Below, one piece after another: positions 44,701 through 59,015 of a stretch of DNA of 64,000 nt. The notes under the pieces are model-generated. The model saw only the letters and a list, made by a program, of their open reading frames with translations, ran no database searches and was not told the origin of the DNA. Numbering within the stretch: position 1 is the stretch's first letter; each line of letters starts with the position of its first letter. Source of the DNA: Eledone cirrhosa. Lineage: Eukaryota. The position numbers were made by a program, and so were the translations under genes. The DNA is taken from NCBI GenBank assembly GCA_964016885.1, contig OZ024740.1, positions 409,262,001 to 409,326,000 on the forward strand. The letters are read 5' to 3'.

Positions 44701-47700
44701 ACAACCTTCGACATTTAGTCATCGATCTCATGCATGTGATATCAACACATCTTTCGACATTTAGTCATCGATCTCATGTATGTGATATCAACACAACTTT
44801 CGACATTTACTCATCGATCTCATGCATGCGATATCAATACAACTTTCAACATTTAGTCATCAATGTCATGCATGTGATATCAACAGAACATTTAATATTT
44901 AGTCATCAATCTCATGCATGTGATATCAACACAACTTTCGGTATTTAGTCAGCAATTTCATGCATGTGATATGAGCACAACTTTCGACATTTAGTCATCA
45001 GTCTCATGCATGTGATATCAACACAACTTTCGACATTTAGTCATCGGTTACATGCATGTGATATCAACACAACTTTCGATAATTAGTCATCAATCTCATG
45101 CATGTGATATCAACGCAACTATCGACATCTGTCATCGATCTCATGCATGTGATATGAGCACAACTTTCGATATTTAGTCATCAATCTCATGCATGTGATA
45201 TCAACACAACTTTCGAGAATTAGTCATCGCTCTCATGCATGTGATATCAACACAAGTTTTGACATTCAGTCATCAATCTCATGCATGTGATATCAACACA
45301 ACTTTCGACATTTAGTCATCAATCTCATGCATGTGATATGAGCACAACTTTCAATATTTAGTCATCAAACTCATGCATGTGATATCAAAACAAGTTTCGA
45401 TATTTAGTCATCAATCTCATGCATGTGATATGAGCACAACCTTCGATATATAGTCATCAAACTCATGCATGTGATATCAACACAACTTTCGATATTTAGT
45501 CATGAAACTCATGCATGTGATATCAACAGAACTTTCGACATTTAGTAATCAATCTCATGCATGTGATATGAGCACAACTTTCGACATTTAGTCATCGATC
45601 TCATGCATGTGATATCAACACATCTTTCGACATATATTCATCGATCTCATGCATGTGATATCAATACAACTTTCGACAATTAGTCATCGATCTCATGCAT
45701 GTGACATCATCACAACTTTCGACATTTAGTCATCAATCTCATGCATGTAATATCAACACAACTTTCTATATTTAATCCTCAATCTCATGCATGTGATATC
45801 AACATAACCTTCGATATTTAGTCATCAATCTCATGCATGTGATATCAATACAACGTTCGACATTTAGTCATCGATCTCATACATGTGATATGAGCACAAC
45901 TTTCGATATTTAGTCATCAAACTCATGCATGTCATATAAACACAACTTTCGATATTTAGTCATCGATCTCATGCATGTGATATGAGCACAACTTTCGATA
46001 TTTAGTCATCAATCTCATGCATGTGATATCAACACAACTTTCGACATTTAGTCATCGATATTATGCATGTGATATGAGCACAACTTTCTATATTTAGTCA
46101 TCGATCTCATGCATGTGATATCAACACAACTTACATATTTAGTCATCGATCTCATGCATGTGATATCAACACAACTTTCGACATTTAGTCATCAATCTCA
46201 TGCATGTGATATGAGCACAACCTTCGTCATTTAGTCATCAATCTCATGCATGTGATATCAACACAACTTTCGACATTTAGTCATCAATCTCATGCATATG
46301 ATATGAATACAACTTTTGAATTTAGTAAAGGATCTCATGCATGTGATGTGAGTACAATCTTCGACATTTAGTCATCAATCTCATGCATGTGATATCAACA
46401 AAACTTTCGATATTTAGTCATAAATCTCATGCATGTGATATCAACAAAACTTTCGACATCTAGTCATCGATCTCATGCATGTGATATGAGCACAACCTTC
46501 GACATTTAGTAATCAAACTCATGCATGTGATATCAACACAACGTTCGACATTTAGTCCTCAAACTCATGCATGTGATATCAACACAACTTTAGACATTTT
46601 GTCATCGATCTCATGCATGTGATATCAACACAACTTTCGACATTTAGTTATCGATATCATGCATGTGATATGAGCACAACGTTCGACATTTAGTCATCAA
46701 ACTCATGCATGTGATATCAACACAACTTTCAACATTTATTCATCGATCTCATGCATGTGATATCAACGCAACTTTCGACATCTGTCATCGATCTCATGCA
46801 TGTGATATGAGCACAACTTTCGATATTTAGTCAGCAATTTCATTCATGTGATATCAGCACAACTCTCGACATTTAGTCATCGATCTTATGCATGTGATAT
46901 AAACACAACTTTCGATATTTAGTCATCGATCTCATGCATGTGATATCAACACAAATTACATATTTAGTCATCGATCTCATGCATGTGATATCAACACAAC
47001 TTTCGACATTTAGTCATCAATCTCATGCATGTGATATGAGCACAACTTTCGTCATTTAGTCATCAATCTCATGCATGTGATATCAACACAACTTTCGACA
47101 TTTACTCATCAATCTCATGCATGTGATATCTATACAACTTTCGATATTTAGTCATCAATCTCATGCATGTGATATCAACAAAACTTTCGATTTTTATTCA
47201 TAAATCTCATGCATGTGATATCAACAAAACTTTCGACATCTAGTCATCGATCTCATGCATGTGACATCAACACAACTTTCGACATTTAGTTATCGATCTC
47301 ATGCATGTGATATGAGCACAACTTTCGACATTAGGTCATCAAATTCATGCATGTGATATCAACACAGCTTTCGACATTTAATCATCGATCTCATGCATGT
47401 GATATCAACACAACGCTCGACATTTAGTCATCAAACTCATGCATGTGATATCAACACAACTTTCGACATTTACTCATCGATCTCATGCATGTGATATCAA
47501 TACAACTTTCAACATTTAGCCATCAATCTCATGCATGTGATATAAACAGAACTTTTAATATTTAGTCATCAATCTCATGCATGTGATATCAACACAACTT
47601 TCGGTATTTAGTCAGCAATCTCATGCATGTGATATGAGCACAACTTTCGACATTTAGTCATCGGTCTCATGCATGTGATATCAACACAACTTTCGATAAT

Positions 47701-50700
47701 TAGTCATCAATCTCATGCATGTGATATCAACGCAACTTTCGACATCTGTCATCGATCTCATGCATGTGATATGAGCACAACTTTCGATATTTAGTCATCA
47801 ATCTCATGCATGTGATATCAACACAACTTTCGACATTTAGTCATCCATCTCATGCATGTTATATGAGCACAACCTTCGACATTTAGTAATCAAACTCATG
47901 CATGTGATATCAACACAACGTTCGACATTTAGTCATCAAACTCATGCATGTGATATCAACACAACTTTCGACATTTAGTCATCGATCTCATGCATGTGAT
48001 ATCAACACAATTTCGACAATTAGTCATCGATCTGATGCATGTGATACAAATACAGCTTTCGACATTTAGTCATCGATCTCATGCATGCGATATCAACACA
48101 ACTTTCGACATTTAGTCATCGATCTCATGCATGTGATATCAACACAACTTTCGACATTTAGTCATCAATCTCATGCATGTGATATCAACACAACTTTCGA
48201 TAATTAGTCATCAATCTCATGCATGTGACATCAGCACAACTTTCGACATTTAGTCATCAATCTCATGCATGTGACATCAATACAACTTTCGAATTTAGTA
48301 AAGGATCTCATGCATGTGATAATAGTACAATCTTCGACATTTAGTCATCAATCTCATGCATGTGATATCAACAAAACTTTCGATATTTAGTCATCAATCT
48401 CATGCATGTGACATCAACAAAACTTTCGACATTTAGTCATCGATCTCATGAATGTGATATGAGCACAACTTTCGACATTTAGTCATCGATCTCATGCATG
48501 TGATATCAACACAACTTTCGATATTTAGTCATCAATCTCATGCATGTGATATGTGCACAACTTTCGATATTTAGTCATCAAACTCATGCATGTGATATCA
48601 ACACAACTTTCGACATTTATTCATCGATCTCATGCATGTGATATCAAAACAACCTTAGACATTTAGTCATCGATTTCATGCATGTGATATCAATACAACT
48701 TTCGACATTTAGTCATCAATCTCATGCATGTGATATGATCACAACTTTCGACATTTAGTCATCAATCTCATGCATGTGATATCAACAGAACTTTTAATAT
48801 TTAGTCATCAATCTCATGCATGTGATATCAACGCAACTTTCGACATCTCTCATCGATCTCATGCATGTGATATGAGCACAACTTTCGATATTTAGTCAGC
48901 AATTTCATTCATGTGATATCAGCACAACTCTCGATATTTAGTCATCGATCTCATGCATGTGATATGAGCACAACTTTCGATATTTAGTCATCAAACTCAT
49001 GCATGTGATATCAACACAACTTTCGACAATTAGTCGTCGATCTCATGCATGTGATATCAACACAACTTTCGACATTTAGTCATCGATCTCATGCATGTGA
49101 TATCAACAGAATTTTCGATATTTAGTCATCAATCTCATGCATGTGATATCAACACAACTTTCGACATTTAGTCATCAATCTCATGCATATGATATCAATA
49201 CAACTTTCGAATTTAGTAAAAGATCTCATGCATGTGATGTGAGTACAATCTTCGACATTTAGTCATCAATCTCATGCATGTGATATCAACAAAACTTTCG
49301 ATATTTAGTCATAAATCTCATGCATGTGATATCAACAAAACTTTCGACATCTAGTCATCGATCTCATGCATGTGATATGAGCACAACCTTCGACATTTAG
49401 TAATCAAACTCATGCATGTGATATCAACACAACGTTCGACATTTAGTCCTCAAACTCATGCATGTGATATCAACACAACTTTCGACATTTAGTCATCGAT
49501 CTCATGCATGTGATATCAACACAACTTTCGACATTTAGTCATCGATCTCCTGCATGTAATATCAACACAACATTCGACATTTAGTCATCAATCTCATGCA
49601 TTTGATATAAACACAACTTTCGACATTTAGTCATCGATCTCATGCATGTGATATCAACACAACTTTCGACATTTAGTCATCGATCTCCTGCATGTAATAT
49701 CAACACAACATTCGACATTCAGTCATCGATCTCATGCATGTGATATCAACGCAACCTTCGACATTTAGTCATCAATCTCATGCATGTGATATGAGTACAA
49801 CCTTCGACATTTAGTCATCGATCTCATGCATGTGATATCAACACATCTTTCGACATTTAGTCATCGATCTCATGTATGTGATATCAACACAACTTTCGAC
49901 ATTTACTCATCGATCTCATGCATGCGATATCAATACAACTTTCAACATTTAGTCATCAATGTCATGCATGTGATATCAACAGAACATTTAATATTTAGTC
50001 ATCAATCTCATGCATGTGATATCAACACAACTTTCGGTATTTAGTCAGCAATTTCATGCATGTGATATGAGCACAACTTTCGACATTTAGTCATCAGTCT
50101 CATGCATGTGATATCAACACAACTTTCGACATTTAGTCATCGGTTACATGCATGTGATATCAACACAACTTTCGATAATTAGTCATCAATCTCATGCATG
50201 TGATATCAACGCAACTATCGACATCTGTCATCGATCTCATGCATGTGATATGAGCACAACTTTCGATATTTAGTCATCAATCTCATGCATGTGATATCAA
50301 CACATCTTTCGACATTTAGTCATCGATCTCATGCATGTGATATGAGCACAAATTTCGACATTTAGTCATAAATCTCATGCATATAATTTCAACAAAACTT
50401 TCGACATTTAATGATCGATCTCATGCATGTGATATGAGCACAACCTTCGACATTTAATAATCAAACTCATGCATGTGATATCAACACAACGTTCGACATT
50501 TAGTCATCAAACTCATGCATGTGATATTAACACAACTTTCGACATTTAGTCATCGATCTCATGCATGTGATATCAACACTACTTTCGACATTTAGTCATC
50601 GATCTCATGCATGTGATATGTGCACAACTTTCGATATTTAGTCATCAAACTCTTGCATGTGATATCAAAACAACCTTCGACATTTAGTCATCAATCTCAT

Positions 50701-53700
50701 GCATGTGATATCAACACAACTTTCGGTATTTAGTCAGCAATTTCATGCATGTGATATGAGCACAACTTTCAACATTTAGTCATCGGTCTCATGCATGTGA
50801 TATCAACACAACTTTCGACATTTAGTCATCAATCTCATGCATGTGATATGTGCACAACTTTCGATATTTAGTCATCAAACTCTTGCATGTGATATCAAAA
50901 CAACCTTCGACATTTAGTCATCAATCTCATGCATGTGATATCAACACATCTTTCGACATTTACTCATCAATCTCATGCATGTGATATCTATACAACTTTC
51001 GATATTTAGTCATCAATCTCATGCATGTGATATCAAGAAAACTTTCGATATTTAGTCATAAATCTCATGCATGTGATATCAACAAAACTTTCGACATCTA
51101 GTCATCGATCTCATGCATGTGATATGAGCACAACCTTCGACATTTAGTAATCAAACTCATGCATGTGATATCAACACAACGTTCGACATTTAGTCCTCAA
51201 ACTCATGCATGTGATATCAACACAACTTTCGACATTTTGTCATCGATCTCATGCATGTGATATCAACACAACTTTCGACATTTAGTTATCGATCTCATGC
51301 ATGTGATATGAGCACAACTTTCGACATTAGGTCATCAAATTCATGCATGTGATATCAACACAGCTTTCGACATTTAGTCATCGATCTCATGCATGTAATA
51401 TCAACACAACATTCGACATTTAGTCATCAATCTCATGCATGTGATATAAACACAACTTTCGACATTTAGTCATCGATCTCATGCATGTGATATCAACACA
51501 ACTTTCGACATTTAGTCATCAATCTCATGCATGTGATATCAACACAACATTCGACATTTACTCATCGATCTCATGCATGTGATATCAACAGAACTTTTTA
51601 TATTTAGTCATCAATCTCATGCATGTGATATCAACACAACTTTCGGTATTTAGTCAGCAATTTCATGCATGTGATATCAACGCAACTTTCGACATCTGTC
51701 ATCGATCTCATGCATGTGATATCAACACAACTTTCGATAATTAGTCATCAATCTCATGCATGTGATATCAACGCAACTTTCGACATCTGTCATCGATCTC
51801 ATGCATGTGATATGAGCACAACTTTCGATATTTAGTCATCAATCTCATGCATGTGATATAAACACAACTTTCGACATTTAGTCATCGATCTCATGCATGT
51901 TATATGAGCACAAATTTCGACATTTAGTCATAAATCTCATGCATGTAATATCAACAAAACTTTCGACATTTAGTAATCGATCTCATGCATGTGATATGAG
52001 CACAACCTTCGACATTTAGTAATCAAACTCATGCATGTGATATCAACACAACGTTCGACATTTAGTCATCAAACTCATGCATGTGATATCAACACAACTT
52101 TCGACATTTAGTCATCGATCTCATGCATGTGGTATCAACACAATTTCGACAATTAGTCATCGATCTGATGCATGTGATACAAATACAGCTTTCGACATTT
52201 AGTCATCGATTTCATGCATGCGATATCAACATAACTTTCGACATTTAGTCATCGATCTCATGCATGTGATATCAACACAACTTTCGACATTTAGTCATCA
52301 ATCTCATGCATGTGATATCAACACAACTTTCGATATTTAGTCATCAATCTCATGCATGTGATATCAGCACAACTTTCGACATTTAGTCATCAATCTCATG
52401 CATGTGATATCAATACAACTTTCGAATTTAGTAAAGGATCTCATGCATGTGATAATAGTACAATCTTCGACATTTAGTCATCAATCTCATGCATGTGATA
52501 TCAACAAAACTTTCGATATTTAGTCATCAATCTCATGCATGTGACATCAACACAACTTTCGACATTTATTCATCGATCTCATGCATGTGATATCAAAACA
52601 ACCTTAGACATTTAGTCATCGATTTCATGCATGTGATATCAATACAACTTTCGACATTTAGTCATCAATCTCATGCATGTGATATGATCACAACTTTCGA
52701 CATTTAGTCATCAATCCCATGCATGTGATATCAACAGAACTTTTAATATTTAGTCATCAATCTCATGCATGTGATATCAACGCAACTTTCGACATCTCTC
52801 ATCGATCTCATGCATGTGATATGAGCACAACTTTCGATATTTAGTCAGCAATTTCATTCATGTGATATCAGCACAACTCTCGATATTTAGTCATCGATCT
52901 CATGCATGTGATATGAGCACAACTTTCGATATTTAGTCATCAAACTCATGCATGTGATATCAACACAACTTTCGACAATTAGTCGTCGATCTCATGCATG
53001 TGATATCAACACAACTTTCGACATTTAGTCATCGATCTCATGCATGTGATATCAACAGAATTTTCGATATTTAGTCATCAATCTCATGCATGTGATATCA
53101 ACACAACTTTCGACATTTAGTCATCAATCTCATGCATATGATATCAATACAACTTTCGAATTTAGTAAAGGATCTCATGCATGTGATGTGAGTACAATCT
53201 TCGACATTTAGTCATCAATCTCATGCATGTGATATCAACAAAACTTTCGATATTTAGTCATAAATCTCATGCATGTGATATCAACAAAACTTTCGACATC
53301 TAGTCATCGATCTCATGCATGTGATATGAGCACAACCTTCGACATTTAGTAATCAAACTCATGCATGTGATATCAACACAACGTTCGACATTTAGTCATC
53401 GATCTCATGCATGTGATATCAACACAACTTTCGACATTTAGTCATCGATCTCATGCATGTAATATCAACACAACATTCGACATTTAGTCATCAATCTCAT
53501 GCATTTGATATAAACACAACTTTCGACATTCAGTCATCGATCTCATGCATGTGATATCAACGCAACCTTCGACATTTAGTCATCAATCTCATGCATGTGA
53601 TATGAGTACAACCTTCGACATTTAGTCATCGATCTCATGCATGTGATATCAACACAACCTTCGACATTTAGTCATCGATCTCATATATGTGATATCAACA

Positions 53701-54300
53701 CAACTTTCGACATTTACCCATCGATCTCATGCATGCGATATCAATACAACTTTCAACATTTAGTCATCAATCTCATGCATGTGATATCAACAGAACTTTT
53801 AATATTTAGTCATCAATCTCATGCATGTGATATCAACACAACTTTCGGTATTTAGTCAGCAATTTCATGCATGTGATATGAGCACAACTTTCGACATTTA
53901 GTCATCAGTCTCATGCATGTGATATCAACACAACTTTCGACATTTAGTCATCGGTATAATGCATGTGATATCAACACAACTTTCGATAATTAGTCATCAA
54001 TCTCATGCATGTGATATCAACGCAACTATCGACATCTGTCATCGATCTCATGCATGTGATATGAGCACAACCTTCGATATTTAGTCATCAATCTCATGCA
54101 TGTGATATCAACACAACTTTCGACATTTAGTCATCGATCTCATGCATGTGATATGAGCACAAATTTCGACATTTAGTCATAAATCTCATGCATGTAATAT
54201 CAACAAAACTTTCGACATTTAATGATCGATCTCATGCATGTGATATGAGCACAACCTTCGACATTTAATAATCAAACTCATGCATGTGATATCAACACAA
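35800..54300. repeat. Older, more divergent HOR layer with ~4-5 kb period and 45-bp (1-bp deletion) monomers
   Basis: Diagnostic variant GATACAAATACAGC at 38172, 43038, 48043 and 52176; CTTACATATT at 36121, 40023, 40987 and 46130. GAATTTAGTAAAGGATC and GACATCTGTC variants were not seen in the first 30 kb. Boundaries are approximate. Confidence 0.8.
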
Positions 54301-57300
54301 CGTTCGACATTTAGTCATCAAACTCATGCATGTGATATTAACACAACTTTCGACATTTAGTCATCGATCTCATGCATGTGATATCAACACTACTTTCGAC
54401 ATTTAGTCATCGATCTCATGCATGTGATATGAGCACAACTTTCGATATTAGGTCATGAAATTCATGCATGTGATATCAACACAGCTTTCGACATTTAATC
54501 ATCGATCTCATGCATGTAATATCAACACAACATTCGATATTCAGTCATCAATCTCATGCATGTGATATGAGCACAACTTTCGACACTTAGTCATCGATCT
54601 CATGCATGTGATATCAACACAACTTTCGACATTTAGTCATCAATCTCATGCATGTGATATGTGCACAACTTTCGATATTTAGTCATCAAACTCTTGCATG
54701 TGATATCAAAACAACCTTCGACATTTAGTCATCGATATCATGCATGTGATATCAATAGAACTTTCGATATTTAGTCATCAATCTGATGCATGTGATATCA
54801 ACACAACTTTCGACATTTAGTCATCGATCTCATGCATGTGATATTAACACTACTTTCGACATTTAGTCATCAATCTCATGCATGTGATATGAGCACAACT
54901 TTCGACATTAGGTCATCAAATTCATGCATGTGATATCAACACAAATTTCGACATTTAGTCATCGATCTCATGCATGTGATATCAAAACAACCTTCGACAT
55001 TTAGTCATCAATTTCATGCATGTGATATCAATACAACTTTCGACATTTAGTCATCGATCTCATGCATGTGATATAAACACAACTTTCGACATTTAGTCAT
55101 CGATCTCATGCATGTGATATCAACACAACTTTCGACATTTAGTCATCAATCTCATGCATGTGATATGAGTACAACTTTCGACATTTAGTCATCAATCTCA
55201 TGCATGTGATACCAACACAACTTTCGACATTTAGTCATCGATCTCATATATGTGATATCAACACAACCTTCGACATTTACTCATCGATCTCATGCATGTG
55301 ATATCAATACAACTTTCAACATTTAGTCATCAATCTCATGCATGTGATATCAACAGAACTTTTAATATTTAGTCATCAATCTCATGCATGTGATATCAAC
55401 ACAACTTTCGGTATTTAGTCAGCAATTTCATGCACGTGATATGAGCACAACTTTCGACATTTAGTCATCGGTCTCATGCATGTGATATCAACACAACGTT
55501 CGACATTTAGTCATCGGTCTCATGCATGTGATATCAACACAGCTTTCGACATTTAATCATCGATCTCATGCATGTAATATCAACACAACGTTCGAGATTT
55601 AGTCATCAATCTCATGCATGTGATATGAGCACAACTTTCCACACTTAGTCATCGATCTCATGCATGTGATATCAACACAACTTTCGACATTTAGGCATCA
55701 ATCTCATGCATGTAATATGAGCACAACCTTCGACATTTAGTCATCGATTTCATGCATGGGATATCAATACAACTTTCGACATTTAGTCATCAGTCTCATG
55801 CATGTGATATCAACACAACTTTCGACATTTAGTCATCGGTCTCATGCATGTGATATCAACACAACTTTCGATATTTAGTCATCAATCTCATGCATGTGAT
55901 ATCAACGCAACTTTCGACATCTGTCATCGATCTCATGCATGTGATATGAGCACAACGTTCGATATTTAGTCATCAATCTCATGCATGTGATATCAACACA
56001 ACTTTCGACATTTAGTCATCAATCTCATGCATGTGATATCAATACAACTTTCGACATTTAGTCATCGATCTCATGCATCTGATATGATCACAACTTTCGA
56101 CATTTAGTCATCAATCTCATGCATGTGATATCAACAGAACTTTTAATATTTAGTCATCAATCTCATGCATGTGATATCGACACAACTTTCAACATTTAGT
56201 CATCGATCTCATGCATGTGATATCAATACAACATTCGACATTTAGTCATAGATCTCATGCATGTGATATGAGCACAACGTTCGACATTTAGTCATCAATC
56301 TCATGCATGTGATATCAACAGAACTTTTAATATTTAGTCATCAATCTCATGCATGTGATATCAACACAACTTTCGATATTTCGTCAGCAATTTCATGCAT
56401 GTGATATGAGCACAACTTTCGACATTTAGTCATCAGTCTCATGCATGTGATATCAACACAACTTTCGATATTTAGTCATCAATCTCATGCATGTTATATC
56501 AACGCAACTTTCGACATCTGTCATCGATCTCATGCATGTGATATGAGCACAACCTTCGATATTTAGTCATCAATCTCATGCATGTGATATGACCACAACT
56601 TTCGATATTTAGTCATCAATCTCATGCATGTGATATCAACAGAACTTTTAATATTTAGTCATCGATCTCATGCATGTGATATCAATACAACATTCGACAT
56701 TTAGTCATCGATCTCATGCATGTGATATCAATACAACATTCGACATTTAGTCATCGATCTCATGCATGTGATATGAGCACAACTTTCGACATTTAGTCAT
56801 CAATCTTATGCATGTGATCTCAATACAACTTTCGACATTTACTCATAGATCTCATGCATGTGATATGAGCACAACCTTCGACATTAGGTCATGAAATTCA
56901 TGCATGTGATATCAACACAACTTTCGACATTTACTCATCGATCTCATGCATGTGATATCAATACAACTTTCGATATTTAGTCATCGATCCCATGCATGTG
57001 ATATGATCACAACTTTCGATATTTAGTCATCAATCTCCTGCATGTGATATCAACGGAACGTTTAATATTTAGTCATCAATCTCATGCATCTGATATCAAC
57101 ACAACTTTCGATATTTAGTCATCAAACTCATGCATGTGATATGAGCACAAATTTCGATATTTAGTCATCAGTCTCATGCATGTGATATGAACACAACTTT
57201 CGACATTTAGTCATCGGTCTCATGCATGTGATATCAACACAACATTCGATATTTAGTCATCACTCTAATGCATGTGATACCAACGCAACTTTCGACATCT

Positions 57301-58169
57301 GTCATCGATCTCATGCATGTGATATGGGCACAACTTTCGATATTTATTCATCAATCTCATGCATGTGATATCAACACAACTTTCGACATTTAGTCATCGA
57401 TCTCATGCATGTGATATCAATACAACCTTCGACATTTAGTCATCGATCTCATGCATGTGATATGAGCACAACCTTCGTCATTTAGTCATCAATCTCATGC
57501 ATGTGATATCAATACAACTTTCGACATTTAGTCATCAAACTCATGCATGTGATATCAACACAACTTTCAACATTTAGTCATCAATCTCATGCATGTGATA
57601 TCAACACAACTTTCGACATTTAGTCATCAAACTCATGCATGTGATATGAGTACAACTTTCGACATTTAGTCATCAATCTCATGCATGTGATATCAACGCA
57701 ACTTTCGACATCTGTCATCAATCTCATGCATGTGATATCAACACAACTTTCGACATTTATTCATCGATATTATGCATGTGATATCAACACAACTTTCGAC
57801 ATTTAGTCATCGATCTCATGCATGTGATATGAGCACAACTTTCAACATTTAGTCATCAAACTCATGCATTTGATATCAACACAACTTTCGACATTTAGTC
57901 ATCAATCTCATGCATGTGATATACGTACAACTTTCGACATTTAGTCATCAATCTCATGCATGTGATATCAACACAACTTTCGATATTTATTCATTCATCT
58001 CATGCATGTGATATCAACACAACTTTCGTCATTCTCACAGCGAAATGAAATGTATTATACATAAAAGTATAATATATGAGCCCATATATGCCATTAATTA
58101 CGCCCATGTATCATCTCCCTAAAATTATGCACGCCTATTATTTAAAAACATATAATGATATATTAAATG

Positions 58170-59015
58170 AGGATTTCTTTATTAGCCACACAGGGCTCAC
58201 ATTAAGGAAACATTAAAGAGGATACAGGACGATAGTGTAGGTTTTTCTTCGTGTAAAATAAAATTTATAAAAGAGACTGAGAAAATAAACACTTTAAACA
58301 AACATAACTTCTCCAAAGGTGAGGAGATTCTGAGGGTCACTCGTGTAGAAATCCCACAAAAGCCACGGTCACCCTGTCCGTTAGGGCAAAGTGGCCTCTC
58401 CCAGTCTTTCTACTGTAATCTAGAGGAATATGCTCAAGGCCGACCCATTCACGCGAACCATGCTCGCCACTCTCACCTACCTTTCAACAAACTGGTTGGA
58501 AGACAGCCCTTCCTTCTCCACCCTGATTTTCTTCATCAAGTGAAATCTGAAGAAGTTAATCCGGGTTACTCCAAAGAGGAAGATGTCTGTCTTCAACCCT
58601 TTCAAATGCCTCCACAACACGACCTCTTTCGTCATGGACACCAGGCAGATAAAAACTGCCTGTCCTTCCACTCTAAAGGAGGACGACGGGGCGATCTTCA
58701 CAATGGACTCAGTTGATAGTCAGATCCGTCCTACACGTGACAGCAGGTGTTCGACAGCAGGTGTTCGACAAATGGAGATGCTGTAGCCTCAGCGCATGTC
58801 TGCGCATCATCAGCGACGGCATGCCCAGCCCTCCACGTAGCGGGTGTTGACAGCAGATGGACCTCCTGACCATTGGAGCGGGTCCCTTCCACAAAAATCG
58901 AAAGAGCAGACGCTCCAGTGCTGTCAGGCGAGGCTTGGGATATGGTATGACTGTCAGGCGGTTGTAGATGACGTAACGCGATGTACGTGTTCGCCACCTC
59001 TGCCCGGCCTTTCGT
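58170..59015 (-). mobile_element. 5'-truncated, internally deleted Tx1/L1-like LINE (ORF2 C-terminal part plus 3' UTR)
   Basis: Minus-strand translation across frameshifts: KGRAEVANTYIA/VIYNRLTVIP...LERLLFRFLWKGPAPMVRRSICCQHPLRGGLGMPSL. This matches the post-RT F.W.G...P..GGLG.P motif of L1/Tx1 ORF2. It continues VEHLLSRVGRI*LSTESIVKIAP...FFRFHLMKKIRVEKE...FVER. Minus-strand AATAAA at 58178-58183. Confidence 0.85.

Larger units (their letters stand above)
1..58033. repeat. Tandem satellite DNA array, 46-bp monomer, ~1,260 copies, open at the left window edge
   Basis: Monomer GATATCAACACAAC(T/C)TTCGA(C/T)ATTTAGTCATC(G/A)ATCTCATGCATGT starts at 1, 47, 93 and so on. Phase 1+46k still holds at 26221 (570x46) and 28981 (630x46). 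Orientation is the same throughout. The array ends at ...AACTTTCGTCATT (~58033), where unique sequence begins. Confidence 0.99.

Noticed and set aside
30200-53855. Short ORFs within the satellite (30200, 34798, 44730, 49826, 53637)
   Set aside because: Chance loss of the monomer's stop codons in variant monomers, repeated because the blocks are duplicated. No protein-like features.
1-58033. CRISPR-like array (regular repeats with a palindromic core)
   Set aside because: No unique spacers: the whole 46 bp is repeated. No cas genes, and the context is eukaryotic TEs.
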